From Macrostomum lignano (Eukaryota): 64,000 nt of DNA. Under the pieces are notes generated by a model that ran no database searches, had not been told where the DNA came from, and worked only from the letters and a program-made list of their open reading frames with translations. Below, in pieces: positions 37,601-49,526 of the stretch. Numbering within the stretch: position 1 is the first letter of the stretch; the number at the start of each line of letters is the position of its first letter. The stretch spans positions 248,001-312,000 of the forward strand of contig NIVC01000467.1 of assembly GCA_002269645.1 (NCBI GenBank). The letters are read 5' to 3'. The position numbers were made by a program, and so were the translations under genes.

Positions 37601-39676
37601 TTAACAAAACAAATTTCTGCTTTTCAAATGCAGCCTTGGAAATATCCATCCTTGAGAATTTGGCTAGTTGCCAATGGGCAACCAAAAATAGTCATTGGAA
37701 ACTGGATTTTGAGCCCCAAGGGCCAGCTGGCAACTGGGTTTCCAACCTTTAAAAAACCCAGTATAGGCATTAGGTATTGGTAGCCTTTTTTGCTGTTTTG
37801 CTGTTTATAGTTCAAATAAAACACACATTTTTATGCCGTATTCTCCCACTCCAATCCTAGGCTGGGTGATGATCGACAGAGATGGCAAGCATTTTGGCAT
37901 AATTCTGAACTACCTACGCGATGGCAGCACTGAACTGCCGGACAGTCAGAAAGAGCTACGCGAGCTACTTCGCGAGGCAAAGTATTTTTGTCTTAGCAAT
38001 CTAATCACCAAAGTTGAGTACGCGTTGAGAATGCGCGAAGTGTCCTGGCAGTCGGCGCCAAAGGCGTCCACTAATATTATTTTGGTTAATCAATCTACTC
38101 AGGCCGAAGCTGATGCCATTGTACGCAGCGGGGTGCCAGTTGTTAAATTAACAATGAACCGGCACAACAACAAGTACTCTTACACAACTAGTTCGTTTGA
38201 TTTGTTATTAAAAAATAACGAATTATTCGAATCGTTAGCTGTCAGATTTCCCGACAAAGTGAAATTTATTAAAGACGTTTGGGGACAATCGTCTAATCCG
38301 GAGAATGGAATTTGCACTTGGACATTTTATTTCAAGGGCCAACCAATTGGAGAGCTGGATGATCACAGGTCAGTTGGATACACCCACATAATCCGCCCCT
38401 TAGGATCCGCTTCCATAATCCGCCCCTTAGGATCCGCTTCCATAATCCGCCCCTTAGGATCCGCTTCCATAATCCGCCCCTTAGGATCCGCTTCCATAAT
38501 CCGCCCCTTAGGATCCGCTTCCATAATCCGCCCCTTAGGATCCGCTTCCATAATCCGCCCCTTAGGATCCGCTTCCATAATCCGCCCCTTAGGATCCGCT
38601 TCCATAATCCGCCCCTTAGGATCCGCTTCCATAGTCCGCCCCTTAGGATCCGCTTCCATAATCCACTTGACAAAATCCGCCCCCCAAAAATCCGCTTCCA
38701 CAATCTACCCCCTAAGAATCCGCTTCTGAATCCGCCCCCCTTAAGAATAAGCTTCAATTTCGGCCCCATTCTAGGAATTCGCTTTCAAAATCCGCTCCCC
38801 TAAGAATCCGCTTCCAGAATCTGCCCACTAAGAATCTGCTACCAAAATCTGCCCCCTAAGAATCTGCCCACTAAGAATCTGCTACCAAAATCTGCCCCCT
38901 AAGAATCTGCCCACTAAGAATCTGCTACCAAAATCTGCCCCCTAAGAATCTGCCCACTAAGAATCTGCTACCAAAATCTGCCCCCTAAGAATCTGCCCAC
39001 TAAGAATCTGCTACCAAAATCTGCCCACTAAGAATCTGCTACCAAAATCTGCCCCCTAAGAATCCGCTTCCAGAATCTGCCCACTAAGAATCTGCTACCA
39101 AAATCTGCCCCCTAAGAATCCGCTTTCAATTTCGCCCCCGTCCTAAGAATCAGCTTCCAAAATCCGCCCCCTAAAAATCCGCTTCCTCAATCCGCCCCCT
39201 AAGAATCCGCCTCAAAAATCCGCCCGGCCAAAAATCTGCTTCCCCAATCCGCCCCCCCCCCCCTAAGAATCCGCTTCCAAAATTCGCCCCTTTAAGAATC
39301 CGCTGTTAAAATCCGCCCCACAATCCGCCATCCGCAAGTCATGCTAATCTTCCATCGACGTCAAAAAATTCTTAGAAGCGCATTCGAGGATTCTGGCGCC
39401 GTTGGCGGCGGCGAAGGACGCGACGGCGGTGCTGGTGGCGGCGGCAGCGGCGGAGGAGGAGGCGGCGGCGGCGACCAAGCCACGTCGATCGTGTGCCATT
39501 CAATCTTCTACGGCAACGAGAAGAAGCAAACGAAGGTTGACTTTCACGAGAACAAAGTGTACTCTAGATTTATAAAAATGTTTTCTCTGTTTATTAACGA
39601 AGACGAACGTCTAAAGAAGGAGGCGGCAGCGATCGAAGCACAGGAGGCTCATGCAGCCATGTCTCTGAGCCAGTAA
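34646..39676 (+). CDS. KCTD10: BTB/POZ CUL3-RhoA adaptor (KCTD10/KCTD13/TNFAIP1 family)
   Basis: Exons 34646-34907, 37861-38368, 39376-39676 (phases 1 and 2). [63 protein letters not shown]. Confidence 0.92.
38385..39330. repeat. 27-bp intronic minisatellite grading into related longer and degenerate units
   Basis: ATAATCCGCCCCTTAGGATCCGCTTCC; then AAGAATCTGCCCACT/AAAATCTGCCCCCT blocks. Confidence 0.9.
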
Positions 39677-39824
39677 TTGGTTGATAGCACCTGAGCGACT
39701 GGGTCTATTTGTGTGGTCTGAGTTCCCAATTTTCACAGTGTCACAGTTTGTTTATTTTGAATTTGAATTTGTTAAATTTCTTTCCTTTATTAGTATACGA
39801 GCCAGGATATTCGAATAGTATGGA

Positions 39825-40800
39825 ACGGATATTTCAGTAGCATATAACGGATATTTCAGTAGTATAGTAGTTAGGATATTTCAGTAGCATATAACGGATA
39901 TTTCAGTAGTATAGTAGTTAGGATATTTCAGTAGCATATAACGGATATTTCAGTAGTATAGTAGTTAGGATATTTCAGTAGCATATAACGGATATTTCAG
40001 TAGTATAGTAGTTAGGATATTCGAGTAGCATATAATGGATATTTCAGTAGTATAGTAGTTAGGATATTCGAGTAACATATAATGGATATTTCAGTAGTAT
40101 AGTAGTTAGGATATTCGAGTAACATATAATCGATATTTCAGTAGTATAGTAGTTAGGATATTCGAGTAGCATATAATGGATATTTCAGTAGTATAGTAGT
40201 TAGGATATTTCAGTAGCATATAACGGATATTTCAGTAGTATAGTAGTTAGGATATTTCAGTAGCATATAACGGATATTTCAGTAGTATAGTAGTTAGGAT
40301 ATTTCAGTAGTATAGTAGTTAGGATATTCGAGTAGCATATAATGGATATTTCAGTAGTATAGTAGTTAGGATATTCGAGTAACATATAATGGATATTTCA
40401 GTAGTATAGTAGTTAGGATATTTCAGTAGCATATAATGGATATTTCAGTAGTATAGTAGTTAGGATATTCGAGTAACATATAATGGATATTTCAGTAGTA
40501 TAGTAGTTAGGATATTCGAGTAACATATAATGGATATTTCAGTAGTATAGTAGTTAGGATATTCGAGTAACATATAATGGATATTTCAGTAGTATAGTAG
40601 TTAGGATATTCGAGTAGCATATAATGGATATTTCAGTAGTATAGTAGTTAGGATATTTGAGTAGCATATAATGGATTTTTCAGTAGTATTGTAGTTAAGA
40701 TATTCGAGTAGCATATAATGGATATTTCAGTAGTATTGTAGTTAGGATATTTGAGTAGCATATAACGGAATATTTCAGTAGTTTAGTAGCTGGGCTATTC
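39825..40800. repeat. 47-bp minisatellite built from two related sub-units
   Basis: GGATATTTCAGTAGCATATAAC + GGATATTTCAGTAGTATAGTAGTTA. Confidence 0.95.
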
Positions 40801-41424
40801 GAGTAGTGTCTAATTAAATTTAAAATAAAAAATTAACCTTTACAGTGCATAAATTAAATTTTCTATATTTTTATTTTTATTAAAACACTCAGTATTCCCA
40901 ATAAATAATCTGACGTGTAATTTTTCTACTTGTGAATTAATTACCTCGTAGAATAGTTGTTTTCTATTTTGCCTATATAATTCTATCATATATTGATTAT
41001 AATAGTGTTGGTAATGAAACTATTTATTTCTATGCTTATTTAGGTAAAATTAGTCGTGAGATTAAACACTTTACTTACTCATGTTGTTTGTAATATTTTA
41101 GATTAACCAGAGATGATAATAGTGATTCCTATAGCTAGTTATTTGTTTAATATATTCAGCCTTTTGTAAAATTTTTCACTTGGCCGTTGTAAAATTATTG
41201 TTTAACGAGTCAATACACTTCAACAGTTTACAACCTTTTTCTATAATATAATCTCACTTTTGAATAAGTAATAATTGCAAAACAATCTAGGCCACCGGTC
41301 AGTGTTGGTTTTTAATCATAATAAATATAACCATTATTTTGTATTTAAAGTACATTTTTTCAATTGTACTGTTTGTTTTAACAATTTTTCTACGCTAGCT
41401 ATCAGCGTATTAACATTGCAACTA

Positions 41425-42740
41425 TTCATCTCAGATTCCTGCTACCCATCTTAGATCCCAGCCATCCATCTCAGATCCCAGCCATCCATCTCAGATCCCA
41501 GCCATCCATCTCTGATCCCAGCCACCCATCTTATATTCCAGCCATCCATCTCAGATCCCAGCTAAACATTTTAGATCCCAGCTATCCATCTCAGATCCCA
41601 GCTACCCATCTTAGATCCCAGCCATCCATCTCAGATCCCAGACATCCATCTCAGATCCCAGCTAAACATTTTAGATCCCAGCTATCCATCTCAGATCCCA
41701 GCTACCCATCTTAGATCCCAGCCATCCATCTCAGATCCCAGCTAAACATTTTAGATCCCAGCTATCCATCTCAGATCCCAGCCATCCATCTTTGATCCCA
41801 GCCATCCATCTCAGATCCCAGCCAACCATCTCAGATCCCAGCCAACCATCTCAGATCCCAGCCATCCATTTTAGATCCCAGCCGTCTATCTCAGATCCCA
41901 GCTATCCATCTCAGATCCCAGCTAAACATTTTAGATCCCAGCTATCCATCTCAGATCCCAGCTACCCATCTTAGATCCCAGCCACCCATCTCAGATCCCA
42001 GCTATCCATCTCAGATCCCAGCTAAACATTTTAGATCCCAGCTATCCATCTCAGATCCCAGCTACCCATCTTAGATCCCAGCCACCCATCTCAGATCCCA
42101 GCTAAACATTTTAGATCCCAGCCATCCATCTCAGATCCCAGACATCCATCTCAGATCCCAGCTAAACATTTTAGATCCCAGCTATCCATCTCAGATCCCA
42201 GCCATCCATCTTTGATCCCAGCCATCCATCTCAGATCCCAGCCAACCATCTCAGATCCCAGCCAACCATCTCAGATCCCAGCCAACCATCTCAGATCCCA
42301 GCCATCCATCTTAGATCCCAGCCACCCATCTCAGATCCCAGCTATCCATCTCAGATCCCAGCTAAACATTTTAGATCCCAGCCATCCATCTCAGATCCCA
42401 GACATCCATCTCAGATCCCAGCTAAACATTTTAGATCCCAGCTATCCATCTCAGATCCCAGCCATCCATCTTTGATCCCAGCCATCCATCTCAGATCCCA
42501 GCCAACCATCTCAGATCCCAGCCAACCATCTCAGATCCCAGCCAACCATCTCAGATCCCAGCCATCCATCTTAGATCCCAGCCATCCATCTCAGATCCCA
42601 GCTATCCATCTCAGATCCCAGCTAAACATTTTAGATCCCAGCTATCCATCTCAGATCCCAGCTACCCATCTTAGATCCCAACCATCCATCTCAGATCCCA
42701 GACATCCATCTCAGATCCCAGCCATCCATCTCAGATCCCT
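41425..42740. repeat. 20-bp minisatellite
   Basis: CCATCTCAGATCCCAGCCAT units. Confidence 0.95.
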
Positions 42741-42871
42741 GATTTGGTCAGTAACTTCTAAATCCCAGTAGCCCAATATGTTTGGATTAAAAAAGGAGTT
42801 TTATTCGTTTATGATTCATATAATATCAAACTGCATTCTTAGCTGCGTAAGTTTGCTTGAAAAAAGCAACA

Positions 42872-45205
42872 ATGGCAAGCGTTGACAGCAGCAGCGGAGA
42901 CGGTAACAATGGACTGGCTAAATTAAGCTTATCAACAGCTGGATTTTCTTACGCTGGTAGCGAATTAATTCGCTGGTCGGATACAATCGGCTGCCATTGC
43001 GAACGGTCGCGATCAGTGTGCAGTCTAACCGTGTTCGCCTATCCCAGACACCGGCGCTCGGGCAAACGCGAGCGTCGAGTTATTCGCTGGCAAATTGGCG
43101 GTTTTCAAGACGCTAAAGAGTGCCAATTGCATCTGCTGGCAGCGTTGAAGTCTGTCGGCAATTCAGCTGGTGCACCGCCTGTTGAACCCGATGGCGCCTG
43201 TCCCTCTGTGACCTGGCCGTGAGTGTCCAATTAGGATCTGTGTATTGAGGGTCTGTACAGTTTTATTGTGGATCTGTACTGTTTTGTCGAGGGTCTGTAC
43301 AGTTTTATTGAGGGTCTGTACAGTTTTATTGAGGGTCTGTACTGTTTTATTGAGGGTCTGTACAGTTTTATAGGGTCTGTACAGTTTCATTGAGGGTCTG
43401 TACTGTTTATTGAGGGTCTGTACAGTTTTTATAGGGTCTGTACAGTTTTTTGAGGGTCTGTACAGTTTTTATAGGGTCTGTACAGTTTTATTGAGGGTCT
43501 GTACAGTTTTATTGAGGGTCTGTACAGTTTTTATAGGGTCTGTACAGTTTTTTTGAGGGTTTGTACAGTTTTTATAGGGTCTGTACAGTTTTATTGAGGG
43601 TCTGTACAGTTTTTTTGAGGGTCTGTACAGTTTTATTGAGGGTCTGTACAGTTTTTATAGGGTCTGTACAGTTTTATTGAGGGTCTGTACAGTTTTATTG
43701 AGGGTCTGTACAGTTTTATTGAGGGTCTGTACAATTTTATTTAGGGTCTGTACAGTTTTATTTAGGGTCTGTACAGTTTTATTTAGGGTCTGTACAGTTT
43801 TATTTAGGGTCTGTACAGTTTTTTTTAGGGTCTGTACAGTTTTATTTAGGGTCTGTACAGTTTTTATAGGGTCTGTACAGTTTTTTGAGGGTCTGTACAG
43901 TTTTATTGAGGGTCTGTACAGTTTTTATAGGGTCTGTACAGTTTTTTTGAGGGTTTGTACAGTTTTTATAGGGTCTGTACAGTTTTATTGAGGGTCTGTA
44001 CAGTTTTATTGAGGGTCTGTACAGTTTTATTGAGGGTCTGTACAATTTTATTTAGGGTCTGTACAGTTTTATTTAGGGTCTGTACAGTTTTATTTAGGGT
44101 CTGTACAGTTTTATTTAGGGTCTGTACAGTTTTATTTAGGGTCTGTACAGTTTTTTTTAGGGTCTGTACAGTTTTATTTAGGGTCTGTACAGTTTTTATA
44201 GGGTCTGTACAGTTTTTTGAGGGTCTGTACAGTTTTATTGAGGGTCTGTACAGTTTTTATAGGGTCTGTACAGTTTTTTTGAGGGTTTGTACAGTTTTTA
44301 TAGGGTCTGTACAGTTTTATTGAGGGTCTGTACAGTTTTATTGAGGGTCTGTACAGTTTTATTGAGGGTCTGTACAATTTTATTTAGGGTCTGTACAGTT
44401 TTATTTAGGGTCTGTACAGTTTTATTTAGGGTCTGTACAGTTTTATTTAGGGTCTGTACAGTTTTATTGTGAATCTGTACAGTTTATTGTTAATTGGTAC
44501 AGTTTTATTGAGGAGCTGTACAGTTTTATTGTAGATTTGTACTAAAATTTAAAAATTGCTAGAAGCCTTGAGAAATCTTATAAATCCTAATAATAAGCCA
44601 AATTTGGTGGAAAAACCCAGAATGTACTTTAATATTCTCCTAAATACGTAAAGTATATGCACGTGTACTATAACAGTACATCTATCCTGCGCACTTAATT
44701 TATTTACAACTACAAACCCGACAACAGGAAGCCCTGCTTAATACTATTGAATCCACGCTCTGGCTCTGGCAAAGCCTACGACCTGTTCCTACGACACGTT
44801 AATCCGATATTAGCAGATGCAGATTTCCCCTATCAGCTTGTGGTCACTCGATCGTTAGATCACGTGCGCGAGTTATCAACTTCGGTGCCAATTGATTCCG
44901 TGTCCGGGATCGTTATCGTATCTGGGGACGGTCTAGTCTACGAAGTTGTCAACAGTTTGTTAAACAGGCCGGATGCTGAGGCTGCTGTGCGGTCTATTCC
45001 TATTGGCGTTGTACCGGCTGGTGAGTCTGTGCTCTGTTGCACTACTTATAGTAGCTAGATGGTGTTAGCATCGGAGAGGTACATCAGTTTATTGTCTATC
45101 TTATACAGTTCTAACTCGCATTGACTAGTATAGTCTGTCTGTCTGTCCTGTCCTTTCTCTCTCTCCCTCTGTCTGTCCGTATGTCTGCCTGTCTGCATGG
45201 TTGCC

Positions 45206-45249
<44 letters not shown>

Positions 45250-46273
45250 CGCTTTATTGTATCTTGTCTGCAGAGTATTTGTCTGAAATGTGTCTCTTAT
45301 CTGTATTTTGATGCATGTCAATTTTGCAGCATTTTGTCTGTTTATTTGTTTACTAATGTTATATTTATTAAAATCTAATATTAATAAAATCCCATGATTT
45401 TCGAATTTGCTCTATTATAGTCTACTACAAGTAGAGAACAGTTATTAATAGAAGCTTGTAATACAAACATGGCAATTATTATTATTATTATTGGTATTAT
45501 TAATTTATAATGCTCCAGGCTCCGGCAACGCAGTAGTGTCCAGTCTACTCAACTATTTAGGCGAATTTCATCCCGACAATTTGATTCAACACGCCGCTTT
45601 GAGCTTAGTGAAGCACCGGCCTGACAGCCTTATTAACCTAGATGTTGGTGTTATACAGACGCCTACCAATACTGATCGACCTTTGCACTGCGTCCTGTCT
45701 GTCACCTGGGGCCTCATTGCCGATGTTGACGCCGAGAGTGAACGCTTTCGCATCCTGGGCGGAGCTCGCTTCGGCCTGTTGCTAACTAAGAAATGCCTAG
45801 CAGGTATTAAACGCTACCGAGGCAGATTGTCCTACCTGCCAGCTGACCCAGCTAATCAATTGATAGATTCTCTGCCAAATTTTGATCAACCGGTTCCAAC
45901 TAGTTGGACAGTGTTAGAACGGGACTTCTACACAATTGGAGCCTTGTTAATGTCTCATTTAGCTGAGGATTTTTTCCCAGTTACCGACTGGCAACCAGAC
46001 GACGGTCTGTGGCGCCTGTTCTGCGTCTATCCGTGCTCTCGGTCGCAGTTTCTGCGCGGTTTCACCGGCGCTGCCAAAGGTCGATTAGAAGGCGACTCGA
46101 TTGAAGTGATTCGAGCTAGGGCATTCCGCTTGGAGCCTCTGACACCTGGTGGTCACATGATGATTGATGGCGAACCAATGAGCTATGGCCCAGTTCAGGG
46201 CTGGGTTATGCCCGGAAAAGTCAGGGTGCTGATGAGCGGCAAGTGTCAGGACATGCCTGCTGGGGATAAATAG
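42872..46273 (+). CDS. SPHK: Sphingosine kinase (DAGK-type catalytic domain)
   Basis: Exons 42872-43218, 44728-45020, 45519-46273 (phases 2 and 1). LLNPRSGSGKA, VSGDGLVYEVVN, PAGSGNA, WGLIADVDAESERFRILG, IDGE. Confidence 0.93.
43245..44530. repeat. ~21-bp intronic minisatellite with 332-bp higher-order repeat
   Basis: GAGGGTCTGTACAGTTTTATT; identical ORFs 332 bp apart (43842/44174, 43955/44287). Confidence 0.95.
45130..45270. repeat. (TCTG)n microsatellite
   Basis: Direct reading. Confidence 0.9.
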
Positions 46274-46549
46274 TTTTTGACAGATCGCTGACAAGACTGT
46301 GACCAGAATCGCTGAAAAGTCATTGCAAACAGCTCACTAGTGACTCTTGGGGCGACTCTTGTGACTTTAATAGCGACTCAAAAGACTGTGATGAGACAGA
46401 AAGGCGACTGTTGCGTCACGAGTGCATCAAGACGTGAGTTACATAATCGTAAGAGTCATGAAAAAAGCCGTCGTGTTAGCGCTTCGTTTCAGAGTTGCAG
46501 ACAATTAAACGCCTCAAACTGACCCACTTTAAGAATCGGCAGTGACTCA

Positions 46550-47283
46550 CACTAAATATCGTCAGTGACCCACACCAAATATCGTCAGTGACCCACACCA
46601 AATATCGTCAGTGACCCACACCAAATATCGTCACTGACCCACACCAAATATCGTCACTGACCCACACCAAATATCGTCACTGACCCACACCAAATATCGT
46701 CACTGACCCACACCAAATATCGTCACTGACCCACACCAAATATCGTCAGTGACCCACACCAAATATCGTCACTGACCTACACCAAATATCGTCACTGACC
46801 CACACCAAATATCGTCACTGACCCACACCAAATATCGTCAGTGACCCACACCAAATATCGTCACTGACCCACACCAAATATCGTCAGTAACCCACACCAA
46901 ATATCGTCACTGACCCACACCAAATATCGTCACTGACCCACACTAAATATCGTCACTGACCCACACCAAATATCGTCACTGACCCACACCAAATGTCACT
47001 GACCCACACTAAATATCGTCACTGACCCACACCAAATATCGTCACTGACCCACACCAAATATCGTCACTGACCCACACCAAATATCGTCACTGACCCACT
47101 CCAAATATCGTCACTGACCCACACCAAATATCGTCACTGACCCACACCAAATATCGTCACTGACCCACTCCAAAAATCGTCACTGACCCACTCCAAAAAT
47201 CGTCACTGACCCACACCAAATATCGTCACTGACCCACTCCAAATATCGTCACTGACCCACTCCAAATATCGTCACTGACCCAC
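46550..47283. repeat. 23-bp minisatellite
   Basis: AAATATCGTCACTGACCCACACC units. Confidence 0.95.
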
Positions 47284-48426
47284 TATCGAAGCATGTGCGA
47301 TTTCTAATTGCAATGGCTACCAATAGCTAATGTATTGTTTTGTTTGCAAACTCAATGTTAATGGTTTTGCCTGATATTAACCGACAGTTTTTGGGCTAAG
47401 AGAGCATTCTATTTTCTTTTTGCCTAAAAATGCGCAAAAATGAATGAAACCCATTCGAAAAAGCAATTTTTTAATATGTTTTTTTTGCACGCAAAACGCG
47501 GCCATTTTGTTTGTTTACGGTCGATCGGATGTAATAAATTTAGAACAATGACAAATTCATGTCTTGAAGCCATACAGAACTGTTTGTTTTATTTAAATCC
47601 TAAACATATATTTATAAAATTTATGTATAATGCCAATTTTAATTATTAAACAGCACTGTAAAACACTTTCAATAATTGGTGCTTAATATGTGTTCTGTAA
47701 GATCAGTGGCTTATGTAAAATCTATAAATAATTATATTTAAATAGCCACTCCAAATGAATGTTTTGTATTGCCTTGCTATATAGCTAGTTTTAAAAGATT
47801 GACGACCATAGCGCCGGGTTCGCAACACATTCAGAAGCCTTCACAGTTTATACAGTTGATTGAATAACATTTTTTCATCTTTTTTTTTAAATTAAAACTG
47901 CGATTTGACTCTTCAATCTAAATGGCTATGTTAATGACATTTGTTAACACTTCAATCACTATGTGAACTTTCTGTCAGAGCAATTGGCAGCCGAAAATTT
48001 TGTTTTCCAAGGTATTATATTATCAGAACAATACTCAAGTCTTGAAGCATGTTTTGTATTGCTTTAGTCTGTGGTCCGCCCACTGTCATTTGGTATTTGT
48101 TACATTGTGACCCGTATAAGTAATTTTAAAATTAGCATATTTTAAAAGATTCACAGCTTTGGAAGGTTGGAAAGTCAAGGGGCCGTAGCCTACAGATAAG
48201 GGCGTCAAATGCGTCACGAATTCGAAAGCAATACAATATGCACTACAATTACTGCATCGGTTTGCGCGAGCCCGCGAGGGCTAACCGCTGTTAGTGCAAG
48301 GGGGGGCTGTTTGGGTGCTGGCTGTCTGGTGGGGTGGTGGGTGCGTTGGTGCGTGCGCGTGCCTATTTAGGCCGCCACCTTTGTGGCTGCGCGGGGTTGC
48401 TCGCGGTTGAATTTTTTTGCTGAATC

Positions 48427-49518
48427 ATGGCAGATAGCCTTGTACTGCCCGCAACTAACAAAGCGCTACGAGAAGCCCTTAGTGAGCGCGGCCTGCCTAC
48501 TAATGGCAATAAGCAAGAGCTAACAAGTCGTCTAAAACTCAGCATTGCCAAGGAGCTTGAGCGGCAGGCGTTGGAGCAGGACAGAGGCTCATCTCGTCGT
48601 GCTCAAGATGACAAGACATCACCGACGAATGCGGGCGCACCCGAGCTAAGTCTGGCTCCACCTGAGGACGAGATGCTACCGGCGGTGGGCGCCTCGGCCG
48701 AGGGTCGGGCGGCGACGGGAGGCGGTCTCGAGGATCAGCTGCGAGAGACTGAACTGCGCATTCGGCTGCTGGACCTGAAAAAAAGAGAGGCTCAGCTCGA
48801 AGCCGAGCTCGCTGAAGCGCGTCACAGTGGCACGGCGGCTGCGAGAGAACGTGATCAGACTCCCGGTGAGTGGCATGATTTGGTTGGCGAGTGTATACTC
48901 GGGCAGGCTGGGGCTGCAACTTCGCATGCTCAGGCGCCGGCGGTGTACAGAGTCGTTGATTTTATCAGTGAGCGTAAGCGGAGACAAGGAAGCCAGTCTG
49001 TTGTGGGAGCGGCAAAGCCAGAGAGGTTGAGACACGTCAGTCCCGAGTCACTGTCGTTTGGCGATTTCATCTCCGGTAGCTGTAACTTACTGGTGCAAAT
49101 GCTGCGTGATGGCAAACTGCTGCGCATTGTTGATGGCAGAATCGATTCATCCGAGTTGATCGATCATCTCCGACATAACGCTAGAATTGGTGACCTGCTA
49201 GATTTAGGCTTCGATCGCACTAAAGTCATGAGATATGATGACGAATGTCGGCTTCTCCAGCATGATGGAACGCGGTGGAGCGCTGTTAGCGCAGACCTGG
49301 GTCTGGTGGCAACACACTTGATGGCACCAACAAAAATGATAAACGCAACAGCGCCTAAAAAGCGAACGCAGCCACCTGTCTGTTTCGACTTCAACAGTCT
49401 TAGCGGCTGCAACAGAACTCACTGCCGCTTCGCCCATCAGTGCCGCAGGTGCTCACAGCCGCACTCTGAAGCCCGAGCCCACGCTGATGGGGACCCGGGC
49501 CAATTTTCAAAAAACTAG
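48427..49518 (+). CDS. Ngaro Gag-like ORF1 with N-terminal SAP-like motif and C-terminal Cys/His finger
   Basis: TNKALREALSERGLPTNGNKQELTSRL; CFDFNSLSGCNRTHCRFAHQCRRCSQPH. Confidence 0.88.
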   Translation: MADSLVLPATNKALREALSERGLPTNGNKQELTSRLKLSIAKELERQALEQDRGSSRRAQDDKTSPTNAGAPELSLAPPEDEMLPAVGASAEGRAATGGGLEDQLRETELRIRLLDLKKREAQLEAELAEARHSGTAAARERDQTPGEWHDLVGECILGQAGAATSHAQAPAVYRVVDFISERKRRQGSQSVVGAAKPERLRHVSPESLSFGDFISGSCNLLVQMLRDGKLLRIVDGRIDSSELIDHLRHNARIGDLLDLGFDRTKVMRYDDECRLLQHDGTRWSAVSADLGLVATHLMAPTKMINATAPKKRTQPPVCFDFNSLSGCNRTHCRFAHQCRRCSQPHSEARAHADGDPGQFSKN

Positions 49519-49526
49519 CGTGCGAG

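Noticed and set aside
37081-37762. Possible MITE with ACTGGGTTTTT termini in KCTD10 intron 1
   Set aside because: Only about 11 bp of low-complexity match and no TSD found
48179-48190. GGGGCCGTAGCC identical to the SINE head, just upstream of the Ngaro element
   Set aside because: Similarity stops after 12 bp
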